The notes under the pieces were generated by a model. The model saw only the letters and a list, made by a program, of their open reading frames with translations, was not told where the DNA came from and ran no database searches. The translations under genes and the position numbers were made by a program. Shown here piece after piece: positions 12,264 through 25,395 of a stretch of DNA of 64,000 nucleotides (the first letter of the stretch is position 1; each line of letters begins with the position of its first letter). Origin of the DNA: Mobula hypostoma (taxonomy: Eukaryota); the NCBI RefSeq assembly GCF_963921235.1, contig NC_086108.1, positions 29,514,001-29,578,000 on the forward strand, read 5' to 3'.

Positions 12264-14170
12264 CATAGAAACATAGAGAACCTAAAGCATAATACAGGCC
12301 CATCCACCCACAAGGCTGTGCCAAACGTGTCCTTACCTGAGAAAATATCCATAGCCCTCTATTTTTCGAAGCTCCATGAACCTATCCAGGAGTCTCTTAA
12401 AAGACTCTATCATATCTGCCTACACCACCATCACCTGCAGCCCATTCCATGCACTCACCACGCTCTGCGTGAAAATAAATCTGACCTCTGACATCTCCTC
12501 TGCAGCTAATTCCAAGCACCTTAAAACTGTGCCCACTCATGCTAGCCATTTCAGACCTGGGAAGAAGCCTCTGGCTATCCAGACGATCAATGCCTCTCAT
12601 TATCTGATACACCTCTATCAGGTCACCTCTCATCCTCCATCACTCCAAGGAAAAAAGACTGATTTCACTCAACTCATCAGGCATGCTCCCCAATCCAGGC
12701 AACATCCTTGTAAATCTCCTCGACAACATTTCTATGGTTTCCACATCCTTTCTGTAGTGAGGCGACCAGAACTGAGCACAGTACTCCAAGTGGGGTCCTA
12801 TATAGCTGTAACGTTACCTCTCAGCTCCTAAACTCAGTCCCATGATTGATGAATGCCAATGCACTGTATGCTTTTTTAACCACAGTCAACCTGCGCAGCA
12901 GCTTTGAGTGCCCTACAGACTCAAACTCCACACAGCCAAGAGTCTTACCATTAATACTGTATTCTGCCATCATATTTGACCTACCAAATTGAGCCACCTG
13001 ACATTTATCTGGTTTGAATTCCATTTGCCACTTCTCAGCCCAGTTTTGCATCCTATTGATGTCCCACTGTAATCTCTGACAGCCCTCCACACTATCCACA
13101 ACACCTCCAACCATTGTGTCATCAGCAAAATTACTAACCCATCCCTCCACTTCCTCATCCAGGTCATTTATAAAAATCACGAAGAGAAGGGGTCCCAGAA
13201 CAGACCCCTGAGGCACACCACTGGTGACCGGCCTCCATGCAGAATATAACCAGTCTACAACCACTCTTTGCCTTCTGTGGGCAAGCCAGTTCTGGATCCA
13301 CAAAGCAATGTTCCCTTGAATCCCATGCCTCCTTACTTTCTCAATAAGCCTTGCATGGTGTACCTTGTCAAATGCCTTGCTGAAATCCATATACACTACA
13401 TCTACTATTCTATCTTCATCAAAGTGTTTAGTCACATCCTCAAAAAATTCAATCAGGCTTGTAATTTGACAAAGCCATGCTGAATATTCCTAATCATACT
13501 AACCATAAATGTTCATAAATCCTGCCTCTCAGGATCTTCTCCATCAACTAACCAACCACTGAAGTAAGACTCACTGGTCTATAATTTCCTGGGCTGTCTC
13601 TACTCCCTTTCTTGACTAATGGAACGACATCCACTGCCCTCCAATCCTCCGGAACCTCTCCTGTCCAGATTATCACCAGAGGCTCAGCAATCTCCTCTCT
13701 CACCTCCCTACTTGGTGCTTTCCAAAAGCTCCAGCACATCCTCTTTCTTAATATCTTACATGCTCAAACTTTTCAGTCTGCTGTAAGTCATCCTTACAAT
13801 TGCCAAAATCCTTTTCCGTAGTGAATACTGAAAAGTACTCATTAAGTACCTCTGCTATCTTCTTCGGTTCCATGCACACTTTTCCACTGTCACACTTGAT
13901 TAGTCCTATTCTCTCACGTCTTGTTCTCTTGCTATTCACATACTTGTAGAATGCCTTGGGGGTTTCCTTAATCCTGTCCGCCAAGGCCTTCTCATGGTCC
14001 CTTCCGGCTCTCCTAATTGCATTCTTAAGCTCTTTCCTGCTAGCCTTATAATCTTCTAGATCTCTATCATTGCCTAGTTTTTTGAACCTTTTGTAAGCTC
14101 TTCTTTTCCTCTTGACTAGATTTACAACAGCCTTTGTACACCACGGTTCCTGTACCCTACCATCCTTTCT
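12264..14170 (-). mobile_element. 5'-truncated CR1 LINE (RT pseudogene)
   Basis: DVVYMDFSKAFDKV, SGVPQGSVLGPLLF, NFADD, PGNYRPVSLTS; reverse tail CATAGAAACATAG. Confidence 0.92.
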
Positions 14171-14429
14171 GATATGCACCTCCATGGTTTTGATGACATT
14201 CACTTCCAAGCTATCAGTGATCTCGCTTGTTTGCTTCCTGTTAGTACTTGGATTCATCACCTTTAGTGATTATTCCAAAGACAACGATGTCGTCCACAAA
14301 CTTCATCAGTTTCACTGATGGATTACTGGAGGTGAAGAGGGGAGAGAACACATCGCTGTGCCACACCAGCGCTGAATGAGTGGAGTGTGATGATATGCTT
14401 ACCAATACCAACACCAGTACCATTTAGTA

Positions 14430-14690
14430 TGGAGAACATAGAACAGTACAGCACAGGAACTGGCCCTTTGGGCAAAATGCTGTGCCAAGCTCATTAAACT
14501 AGTAATTAAAAGCCTCACTAAACCAACCTCTTCTGCCTGTACATTCAATGTGGCTATCTAAAAGTCTGTTAAACATCACTATTGCATTTATCTGTTCCAC
14601 CACTGCTGGCAACACATTCTAGACACACGTCACTTTGTGTAAAAAAGACTTGTCACGCACATCTCCTTTGGACTTGACCCCTGTGTAGTA
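14430..14690 (-). mobile_element. CR1 3' end fragment
   Basis: Reverse tail GAACATAGAACAGTACAGCACAGGAAC. Confidence 0.65.
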
Positions 14691-16159
14691 TGGTACTCAA
14701 CCACATTTCTGAGGGAAATTAGTAAGTTTTTTTTTTCCATATTTACACAGCAATGATCACTCTTTTTAATGTCACATGTTCATCACATTCTCATGCTGTG
14801 AAAATCAGACTTCTGTTGCAGCCCTTTAAAGCTGCATTAATATTATCCATTAAATCCACATGAGGTCTGTTTGGCAATTTGTAATGCCAGTCAAATTCAC
14901 TTTCCATCATGCCACTTGTGTGAGAACTCTCAAAATACCTAACCAATTTGTCATATGTGGTTATGTGTTAATTCCTCTATGTAACTCAATATAAATGGAA
15001 TTTCATAAATTAAATGCAATTGCTGAAGTCTTTAAGGTGATTAATTCCTTGATTAATTGATCAATTTTCATTTAAGGGCTGGTAATGGGTTTAAGAATCT
15101 AATTGGGATTGGATGCATTGAAAATTAATATATGATGATCTGATATTCAGTTAAAATTTACAATCAGTTTTAAACAAGTTCCTAATTTGCATCATCCAAT
15201 TAACCTACTGAATTTTATTTACACACATCTCATAGTCTGAGCAGTGTCCTGGTGCCAGTAGCGTAATATGTAGGGACAGAGTTTTGATATTTTACTGGAG
15301 AATCGTTGATAAAAATGTTTTATTTTTCTCTTTAGTACACTAGCAAACCAGAGACAAGTAAAGAAGGTTATTCAGTTGTTTTCTTATTTTCAGTCTTCCC
15401 AAAGGGGTGCTTTTATACTAAATTCTTTGGATGAGAAAACTGAAAGCGTTAGCTGCTTTCTTGCAGAGTATTGATTGGGATGTGGAACCAGATGAATCAC
15501 AATTGATTTTCCTGAACCACCATCCTGAGGGTAAATCTTCATAGATGATAGATGAAACGATGACTGTAACTTTCTCGTTCCACTTTTACTCCTCTATAAC
15601 ATGGGTTGATACCACTGCTTGGAGGCATTATATTATCTTCAACTGTTGGCTTGGAGTTTTAAAAGGGAAACCCTTGCTTGTTGAAGAGTTATCTGCTGAC
15701 AAGGTAGCTCATTTCTTTCAATGGCTTGAACAGTATTTGCATGTCTGGTCTTGCCCATTTAAAGATTAGATTCAGAAACACAGTAAGACCAACAAATATC
15801 AAGTAAAGATATTTCTAAAATAACAGCGTTATTGAAGAAATTGAGAGCAGAATGTGTCCTTTAACATATTGTATTTGGGAGAATAATATTAGTTTTTCCT
15901 AAAATATGTAAAATTTACAGCAGAGAAAACCATTTAATGCAAATGGACATTGGTGGTTAATGTTTTATATAAACTTACTCCACCCTACTATATCTAACCT
16001 AATGAATGTAGATCTATAATCCTTTTGTTTCTCATTATTATCTTGCTTCCCTTTAAAGGATCCCTGTTTTTATATCTCAACTAAACCATGCATTAGGGAG
16101 TTCATGGTCTAATCATTCCTTGAAGAAAGGAATGTCCCTTGAATTTCTTATTGGGGAAT

Positions 16160-16590
16160 CTCCATGCACATGTATACAGAAAGGTGCCAGGAAGGGGCCA
16201 ATGACATCATGAAGGCTCCCACACCCTGCTAATGGACTGTTTGTTCCACTCCCATCAGGGAGGAAGCTGCATAGCAATTCACGCCAGGACCATCAGTCTC
16301 AAAAACAGTTGCTTTCCCCAAGCAGTAAGACTGATCAACAATTCCACCTACTAATTCCACCATGACTTTATTATTTCCTGTCAGACACCTTACATACGGT
16401 CTAGCGTCATTTTATAGAGATACGATCAATCCCTGTATAAAAACTACCTTATCTATTTATATTTATTGTGTGTGATTCTTATTATTATTAAGTTCTTTAT
16501 CTTTTGTTTTTTTTGTGTGCTGCATTGGATCCAGAGTAATAATTATTTCATTCTCCTTTACACTTGTATACAGGAAATGACATTAAACCA
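16160..16590 (+). mobile_element. Rex1-like LINE 3' fragment
   Basis: CTCCCATCAGGGAGG (LPSGR) and AAAAACAGTTGCTTTCCCCAAGC (NSFFP-like), then a 3' UTR. Confidence 0.6.
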
Positions 16591-17507
16591 CCTTGGATGG
16601 TCCTAAGCTCATTGTCCCAAGTTTTGTTTACCCTGAATATCAGAGACTGTTCTGTATCTTTACTCCATTAACTGCTTCAGAAATTTGATGATCTCTATTT
16701 GAATGCTAGTCATTTTTTTCTTCTAAAGGAAGAAGCCTCAGTTTTCTTCAGTCTTATTCCATAACTGGAGCCCATGTCCCGATAAGGCCATACAAATCTG
16801 TAGGATCCTTTTTCAGTACCTCAATATCCTCTTATTAATATGAAGGCCAGGAGTGAGTACAGTATCTTCAGTGAGATCTTTTCCTTCATGTCAGTGACAT
16901 ACGCTACTGCTGTGTTAGCATACATGTGAAACAGCTCCTTTTAAATCAGATGTTTTGTAACATGTAAAAATTAACAGTATTCTTAAACACTTGCAATTTA
17001 ATTTAGGGTTATAGATTCATGCAGCAGGAAATATGACCTTCTGTTGACAGAGTCCATTGTGACTACCATTTTATTCTTACCCCATTCCCACCTATTACCC
17101 CTGGATTCTACCACTCCACTGCGCAGTCAGGGCAATAATCAATTAACATAGCTACCACCACATCATTGTGCTATGGTAAAAAACTGGAGCACACAGTCAC
17201 GTGGAGAGCCTACAAACTGCACAGACAGCACTGGAGGTCAGAATTGAACCCACAATGCTGGCACTCTTCTCTTAAATACATCATGGTTCCCCCTCTTAGT
17301 AGTTAGGCTGCTAACTACATCAATTGGTTAATGAACATTAAGTTTACCTCAATCATTTTAAGAGTGCTTTACAAAATAATTAAAATACAGTACTTATAAG
17401 CACCGGAGTCTCATAATTTAATCTGATCTTAAATTAGCCTCTACGATAGAACTAATGAATGAAAGTTAAACTCGAGTTTGTTGTCATATATTGCATGTAC
17501 AGATGCA

Positions 17508-17823
17508 TGTGTTGGCGTGTGGTCAAGTGGTTAAAGCATTGTTCTAGTGACCTGAAGGTTGCTAGTTTGAGTCTCAACTGAGGCAGCGTGTTGTGTCCTT
17601 GAGCAAGGCACTTAACCACACATTGCTCTGCGACGACACCAGTGCCAAGCTGTATCGGCCCTAGTGCCCTTCCCTTGGACAATATCAGTGTTGTGGAGAG
17701 GGGAGACTTGCAGCATGGGCAACTGCCGGTCTTCCATACAACCTTGCCCAGGCCTGCACCCTGGAAACCTTCCAAGGCGCAAATCCATGGTCTCACAAGA
17801 CTAGCGGGTGCCTATTATTATTA
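17508..17823 (+). mobile_element. tRNA-derived CORE-type SINE with TSD
   Basis: A box TGGTCAAGTGG (17520), decayed B box GTTTGAGTC (17566), CORE-like GTGTCCTTGAGCAAGGCACTTAACC, (TAT)n tail, TSD AGATGCA at 17501 and 17824. Confidence 0.8.
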
Positions 17824-17847
17824 AGATGCAGTGAAACAGGTACAAGT

Positions 17848-18115
17848 TGGCACAGTAGTGTAGTGGTTAGTACAGCACGTTACAGTACCTGAGACCTGTG
17901 TTCAATTCCTACCACAGCCTGTAAGGAGTTTGTACATTTTCCTTGTGACCATGTGGATTTCCTCCAGGTGCTCCAGTTTCCTCTCACAGTCCAAAGATGA
18001 ACTGTTTGGTAGGTTAATTGTTCATTGTCAATTGTCCAGTCATTAGGTTAGGGTTAAACCAGGGATTGCTGGGTGGCGGGGAAGGCCTGTTTTGCACTGT
18101 ATCTAAATAAATAAA
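17848..18115 (+). mobile_element. V-SINE-type SINE
   Basis: A box TAGTGTAGTGG, B box GTTCAATTCC, V domain GGATTTCCTCCAGGTGCTCCAGTTTCCTC, (AATA)n tail. Confidence 0.8.
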
Positions 18116-18679
18116 TATATACATAAATAAGTAGATAGATAGATAAATGGATACATAACCTTACTTGTAAAAACATCACAGACACGCAGCATCAGGTAAA
18201 CAATATTCACAAGAAAGGCATAAATTATACAAATATTTTACAAGAAAGATTTGTGTGATTTATTGTATACCCTTGTTCCAAAAGGCATATACAAAGGTAG
18301 TAGGTAAATGGGTTGGTGAATGTGCAGGTTAGGGTGAACCCTGACTGAAGTGATTGAAGTTAAATTATTTGCAGAACATTCTTGCTGTTCTCTTTGTGCT
18401 TTAGAAATTTATTGCACCCTGCAACAGAAGGGAAGCAGGGAGGAGGTTTTCTCTGGCACAGAAATCCAGAGCCAAGGGTTCTGATCCCAGGATAAGGAGC
18501 ACATAGCTTAGGATGGAGATGGAGAGGATTTTCCTCCTCACTGGTACGTATGTGGTAGCTCAGTCAAAGAGTTCATTTGAAAAAGGATAGATAGATTTCT
18601 GGATATTAAGGGAATTAAATGGATATGGGAAATGGATATAGAATGAGGTAGAAGATCAGTCATGATTTTGCTGTATGTC

Positions 18680-19620
18680 CTACCATCAAACCCATCTTTA
18701 CCTCCCCCACACTCTCAGATTTCCACAGGGATTGCTCCCTCTGTAATGCCAATGTCCATTCATCCCTCCCCGCTAATCTCCCTCCCAACACATCCCTGGA
18801 AGTGGCAGATAGGCGACACTTACCCATTATCTCCATTCAGGGCACCAATCCTTAAATTGGGGGCAACACCTCAGCTGAAAATCTGTTGGGGTCGTCTATT
18901 GTATTTGGTGCTCCAGAAGTTGCCTCCCCAACATCAGTGAGAACAGATGTAAATTGGGGGACTGCTTTGTTGAGCAACTCTGCTCTAACCACCAAAAGCA
19001 GAATTTTAATTCCTATCCCCATTCCAGTTCTGACATGTCACTCCATGACCTCCTCTTTTGCCATGATGAGGGTGCTCTCGAAGAGCAACACCTCATATTC
19101 CATAAGACAATAAGATATAGGAGCAGAAGTAAGCCATTCGGCCCATTGAGTCTGCTCCACTATTCAATCATGAGTTGATCCAATTCTTCCAGTCATCCCC
19201 ACTCCCCTGCCTTCACCCCATACCCTTTGATGCCCTGGCTAATCAAGAACCTATCTATCTCTGCTTTAAATGCACCCAAAGACTTGGCCTCCACAAATAA
19301 TCCATCTAGATTGCCTCCTACTTCATGGTATGAACATCAATTTATCTTTCCGCTAATTTTTTTCTGCCCCCTCCCCCTTCTATTCCCACTCTGGCCTCTG
19401 ACCTCTTCTCCTCACCTGCCTATCACCTCTCCGTAGCACTCCTCCTTCTTGTCTTTGTCCCATGGCCCACTCTCCTCTCCTCTCAGACTCCTTCTTCTCC
19501 AGCCCTTTCATCTGGCTGCTTATTCATTTCCACAGATACTGCCTGATATGCTGAGTTCCTCCAGCACTTTGTGCGCGTTGCTCTGGGTTTCCAGCATCTG
19601 CAGAGTCCCTTATGTTTATG
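18680..19620 (+). mobile_element. Decayed Penelope-like element 3' part, interrupted by a CR1 tail at ~19100-19295
   Basis: GDCFVEQL...DMSLHDLLFCHDE...LEEQHLIF GIY-YIG C-terminus; pyrimidine tract; CAGATACTGCCTGATATGCTGAGTTCCTCCAGC pLTR end. Confidence 0.7.
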
Positions 19621-20004
19621 AAGAGCAGGGCAGGCTGGTAGGACCCAAGGACTACTCCTGCTCCTGATATTAGGTTCTTATGAGCTTGAATGCTCAAATT
19701 TTATACTCTTAAGTTAGCTTCTTAAAGGCAATGTTTTCCCTTTACCTGTGTGGTTGAATCAAAACACATGTAAATTATTGTGCGCAGAAATATGTTGTGA
19801 ACTTCACAAGCCTGGTATTTCAATTTAACACTGCTAATTAAAGATGCTTGACTTGCTAATAGCCTGCAAGTTGGGAGGCTATCATTAAAGATTCCAATTT
19901 TGTTATGAGACAGTCCATTTTGGTTCCTTGACTTAAGTAATTGGTTATGAAAATCTTCTACAGATATTCTGATACTCCACAGTTGCATTTATGTTAACAT
20001 AGAT

Positions 20005-20400
20005 GACTTATGATGATTATGATTATGAGAACACGCAGTCCCCTTTTATTGTCATTTAGTAACACATGCATGAAGAAATGATAAAAATGTTTTTCCAGAA
20101 TGATATCACGAAAACACATGACAAACCGACTTAAAAACTAACAAAAACCACATAATTATAACGTATAGTTACAACAGTGCAAAGCAATACCGTAATTTGA
20201 TAAGAACAGACCATGGCACAGTAAAAGTCTCAGAGTCTCTCAAAGTCCCATCATTTCACGCAGACAGTAAACCCCCAGCGCCGCCAACTTGCCGCTGCAG
20301 CATCCCGGAAGCATCCAACCACAGTCCGACTCCGAGTCCGTCCGAAAAACTCCGAGCCTCCGATCACCTCCCGACACCGATGCAACGAGCACCATCTACT
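20005..20400 (-). mobile_element. Non-coding LINE-dependent retroelement, 5'-truncated (sibling of 35513-36176)
   Basis: Reverse tail GATTATGATTATGAGAACAC; shared block CCGTCCGAAAA...CGAGCCTCCGA. Confidence 0.65.
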
Positions 20401-21022
20401 GGTAAGATGGCAATGCACTTAGTTACAACGGCTTCTCAGGATCCAACAGATGATGCAACTGTTTATCTTAAACATTATTCTTCTGACTGCAAGATCCTGT
20501 TAAACACTGATATGACAAAATACTACAGGTCTGGTTCATTGGTGAGACTGATGGCGAGGGAGCTGCATGGCCTCAGTTGTTGCGTGAACCAGGCCCACGT
20601 ACTGTGGAGTCGCCGGCTACAGCCGCCCCAGGGGAGGAGGTGCTGTTGGAGAGAACAAAGGCATGGCAGGCATGCTGGAATCCAGGCTGGGATGGCTGAC
20701 CCCTGCAGCACAGATCTCCCATTGGTGCTGCTCTCTAGCACATGCTCCCTGGAAGAGACTAGCTAGATTGCCTGTATTGCATGCTGGTTCTTGCAGAAAT
20801 GTGTCTCCAGGACAACATCCCACGCACCATCAATCTTCAGACTATGCACTCAAGGACTTGTGCTAATATTATTTTTTGACTGTCTGTGCTTTCATAACTA
20901 TGTGTTCTGTGTGCTATGTGTGACTGTACGAGCTATATTTTGCAACTTGAACCAGGAGGAACACTGTTTCATTTAGATATATATATATGTGTATGCTTGA
21001 ATGACTATTAGTCTTGAACTTG
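20400..21022 (+). mobile_element. Non-autonomous retroelement (5' GTAAGATGGC, 3' CTTGAACTTGA tail)
   Basis: Ends resemble LINE-derived non-autonomous elements; no credible ORF. Confidence 0.5.
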
Positions 21023-23629
21023 ATAATGTCGCATTTATGACCAATGGGCTCAGTAATAAAATAACCACAATAAAATTAGCTTCTTGCTTTTGCCTAGTAG
21101 TTCAGCACTAAAAAGCAGCTGAAAATATTGATTTGTTTGTAGATTGCTTTAAACATTTTCCATACTCTAAAAAGCTTGAATTGCCCTTGAAGTACATTAT
21201 ATAAAGTGTGCGCCATCCTGTTTTCTACAAAATATTGCTCCTTGTCAATAACAAGCGTGTTTGGTGAAAATTCCTCTCAGCAATCATGGTTATGAGAACA
21301 TAATAAATAAAGAGCATTTGGTGCTTTCAGCCTTTCTGTCGGCATCTAAGTGCCTTCCAGTATCCATATATTGTGAGAAATTTCCAAATTTGACAGTCAT
21401 CACCAAGAATCGGATTTCCCTCTTGATCCATGGGTACATGTTCCAGCTGTGCATACTTTGGTGGCTGGTGTAACTGATTTACCATGGGAAAGTGTGAAAT
21501 AACATTATGTGGCCTAGGACTTCACTGATTTGGCAGTTGATGATAAAGGTGCCTTTCTTCACTTCAGCTTCAATGCTAACTTCAGACTTGCAGGGTCAGA
21601 AAAAGCTTTGGAAGGTCTCCGCCTGTGCTTTTTTTAGATTGGCTCCTACTGTTTAGCAGCCAGTGCATTCTGCATAAAAACCTCGGGCAGGAAGTTTCAA
21701 TGCTCTCTTTAGTGTGCATTACAATTGTACAGTAGGGAGGTACCAATGCCCAACTTGGACCAACACAACCATCTTCAGTGATGCAGAACTTCACAGGGGA
21801 AGCTCCATAGCCCAGAAGTCTGTTTTCAAGTCTAGGCTCATGAGGTCATCAGCAGAGCAAGGTTCTGTGTGGGGTTGTGTAGAGACTGGAGACAGGGGCA
21901 TTATGGATGCTAACCCAATAACGGAGAGTGGATAATATGGACTTGTTCAAAAAATCATGAGGACAGGATGTACAGGATAGATGGCTGGGATGCCATTGGA
22001 AGAAAACAATGACATTTCATAAGAGAGTTGTGAGTCAGAAGTTCGGATGTCAGTTTGGTGTAGGGATCTGTGAGTGGGTCGCTGTGAATGGGAATGGAAA
22101 ATTGGGAGGATGGCAGGCTGTGGATGTTGGAGAACAGATCACTGGATAGAAGTGGAAGATTGGACTTCTGGATGAAAGGAAGGCACGTGACTTGCAGATT
22201 GCCTGTGAGAAGTTGGTGTTGAGAAGAGGGCTGAAGGTTTGACTGATTTTGGCAGAGGAAAGGGTGGGAATGGAAACTGGGACATGCACCTACATAGAAT
22301 CAGTGTGGGGTGGGCACACCCCCAGACCAGGTGGTTGTAGTGATGCCAGGAAGTTCCAGTCAAGTCACTTTAGTGTGGGCACATTGGATTATAGGATGCG
22401 GATTAGACTTTCAGAACTTTAAATCTGCAATGACCTGACAGAGAAAGTGCATCTGCGTCATAAGGAAATGAAACAGCCTGATAAGCTTGTCGAGTGATGC
22501 AAAGTTACTCTCCAACCTTGAAGTAAATATTATCTTCTCACACTTTGGGGGGAAAAAAAGTTGAGTTTCAATTTCATTTTGCTAAAAATAAAAACATGAT
22601 ACAAATGAATGTCGAAGCCTAAACAGACCTTGCTGAAATTACCTTTAAAATGAGCTGTTGTGTTTGGGGTTGCTTATGCCCTCTCTGTTGAATGTAAAAA
22701 AAAACCCTGGTAGTATTGTAGAGAGTAGGTTGTATTCTCCTTTAGCCAATGTCTGTCTCTCAATAATTGCCACTAAAACAGATCATCTGTCATGTGGTTC
22801 CTTCAGTTTGTGAGAACTTGCTGTATGTAAAATGGTTATTATCCTGGCTGTAAGGCTTTTGTGAAACGTGCTCAATAAGTGGACGTTCTTTCTTCCTGTT
22901 TCCTTAAAGCTGGGAGCACTCTCAAGAAGCTAAAGTCTTTCAGTATGTAGTAAGTGTTACAAAATACTAAACACAACACTACTATTGATACTAAGGATGT
23001 AGTCAACCAGATGACAGTGGATGTTGAACAGTCGTTGTTTCTCCCTACTGTCCACAATGAGGAAGAAGGGTGAGATATTCTGGGCACCAGAATGCACTGC
23101 AGCAGCCAGCTTTGTGGCTTTATGTTCCACACTAGGAGGCATAATTTGAATGAAGTCATCTGGGCAGGAACAAGTACCACATCCTACTTTACTTGAATTA
23201 AGGAATGTCTTCTTCATACACAGAGACCTGGAACATTGGCCAGAGTTTGATAAAACCTGGGGCTATCCTAGCCAGTCTGATGAATTACCCTGAACATCAT
23301 GATATCTGAGGGTAATGGATGGCACAGGGAGTGCTAGGGATTTGGCAGCCATGATTTAAGCTGCAGATTCAGTCAGCATCCGAGTACTTTTATAATCATG
23401 GAAAAATCGTACAGCAGCATGAAAGCCAAAGAAACATAAACCCTTGGAGATGGTCAGCTGGTCAGGCAGTATCTGTGGGGAGACTTCAACACTAAATGGA
23501 TCTCTTGCATTTCAAGGGGAAGATCTATGATCTGAAATGTTGAATATGAGTATTGTGAGCTTCAGTTCATATTTGTAGTGCAAAAGATAATAATAACACA
23601 TCTATTATAATAATATTAGATATAACATT

Positions 23630-23900
23630 TACTTATTTGAGATACAGCTTGGAATAGGCCCTTCCAGCCCTTTGAGTTGCACTGCCCAGTACCCCACAAT
23701 TTAACTAATGATGGGACAACTTACAATGACCAATTAATCTACTAACTGATATGTCTTTGGACTATGGGAGGAAAGCAGAGCACCTGGAGGAAATCCACAC
23801 ATTTCACAGGGAAGATATACAAATGCCTCATGGATGAGGTTGGAATTGAACTCCGAACTCTGATGCCCAGACCTGGAATAACATCAAACAAACCACCGTG
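23630..23900 (-). mobile_element. V-SINE-type SINE
   Basis: Reverse V domain GGGAGGAAAGCAGAGCACCTGGAGGAAATCCAC and reverse B box GGAATTGAAC. Confidence 0.75.
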
Positions 23901-24819
23901 GATATGTTGAATATTTACCTACTCAGATCATCCAGGCTCTGTGATTATTTGAGCACATCCGATGAGTTTGTTTATTTGTACTGAGTGAATACTTTTAGTC
24001 ATATTTTAAATAAAGCACATGACAATCAAAACATCTGATGGGACTTGGCTGTCCTAATCCAGAACATAATAGACCAGTCATCCTGTGCCCCACAAGACAT
24101 GTCTGTCCTATCACTTGGGAAGCAGCTGCCAGGTTCATCCTTTTGGTATTGCAGTAAAACTTGAATAAACTGTTACCCTATTTTTCAGATATCCTGGTGA
24201 TTCACCATTTGGTTTAATTTAGTGATATTTCCTGAACTCGCTTTAAACTCATAAGATCTCCATTCCCTTGCTGTCATGAAATGCATCAGGAGCCTACTTG
24301 TACAAAAACCCAACCCTGATTCCTCTGCTGTCTTTAATCTCAGCAAAGCACGTTTGCTCTGCTCCTTCTAAAATCGTCTGGACTCCATTTCCTATCCTCC
24401 TGCACCATGCTCCCTGTAAGCTGACCAAGGCCTAGTTTCCCATGCTCCTTATGAACTATCTGGGGCCTTTTTTTTCTAATCTTCATTTATCCTCACTGGG
24501 ATTCCACTTGCCATGTTCCTTACGAAGCCTGGTTCCAGCACTCACTTTAAACTCAAAGGGGTTTGTTCCTCATGCTCCCTTTAAACCCACCTTCACAGTG
24601 CCTTGAGGTGCCTGTGCTAGTCCAGGCTTGGTTTCCTGTAGACCACGAATATTGTGTCAGGTCTGAGATCATGACCTTCAAGCACCATTTTCCTTGACCG
24701 ATTAAGGTGTATTGGTAATGGTGAATTTTATCATCAATTTCTGCCACTTCGGAGAGAAAATCACTGGGAAATGCTCTTGCCTTTATTGTTGGATGGCAGC
24801 CTTTTGCAACTGTGGGAGG

Positions 24820-25395
24820 AAACTGTGAGAGCTCACCTCTGTCCCAGGATACTGACGGACTTTTACCGCTGTACCGTTGAGAGCATACTCACCAACTGCA
24901 TCTCAGTGTGGTATGGCAATTGTCCCGTATCGGACCGCAAAGCACTCCAGTGGGAGGTGAAAACTGTGCAGTGGTTTATCAGCACCCAATTGCCCACCAT
25001 TGAGAACATCTACCATAAACACTGCCTGGGCAGGTTGAAAAGCATTATCAAGGATGCATCTCACCCTAACTATGGACTTTTTACTCTCCTCCCATCCGGT
25101 AGGCGCTACAGGAGCCTCCGCTCCTGCACCAGCAGGCAGAGGATGAGCTTCTTCCCTGAGACTGTGACCCTGCTGAACCTCTCATCACAGCGCTAAGCAG
25201 TATTGCACCCATATTGTACTGTCTCAGTACTTTTATATTTGTGTGCTGTAGCACTTATTTTTTATTCGCAGTTATTTTGTAAATAATACTATTCTTTTGC
25301 ACTTCTGGTTAGATGCTAATTGCATTTCATTGGCTTTGTATCTGTACTCGGCACAGTGACAGTAAAATTGAATCTAATCTAATCTAATCTAATCT
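24820..25395 (+). mobile_element. Rex1-like LINE 3' fragment
   Basis: FYRCTVESILTNCISVWYG...HPNYGLFTLLPSGRRYRS...SFFP; (AATCT)n tail. Confidence 0.85.

Larger units (their letters stand above)
8510..14420 (-). mobile_element. Older Rex1/Babar-like LINE, split by three nested insertions
   Basis: 3' UTR pieces at 8510-8606, 11116-11231 and 11692-11850; RT peptides KKAWQRMYFLQQL (near 12100-12150) and VKLMKFVDDIVVFGII (near 14280) continue across the CR1 insertion. Confidence 0.75.

Noticed and set aside
15466..15545. Possible coding exon (TTGCAG|AGTATTGATTGG...GAGG|GTAAAT, SIDWDVEPDESQLIFLNHHPE)
   Set aside because: The splice-like sites are weak, I do not recognise the peptide and no partner exons were found; RNA-seq or tBLASTn would be needed.
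17510..17585. tRNA gene
   Set aside because: The A/B boxes belong to a SINE head followed by a CORE-like domain, tail and TSD; no full cloverleaf.
20197..20766. 189-aa ORF as a host gene
   Set aside because: It spans the junction of two oppositely oriented non-coding repeats, begins at a non-ATG codon and has no recognisable domain.
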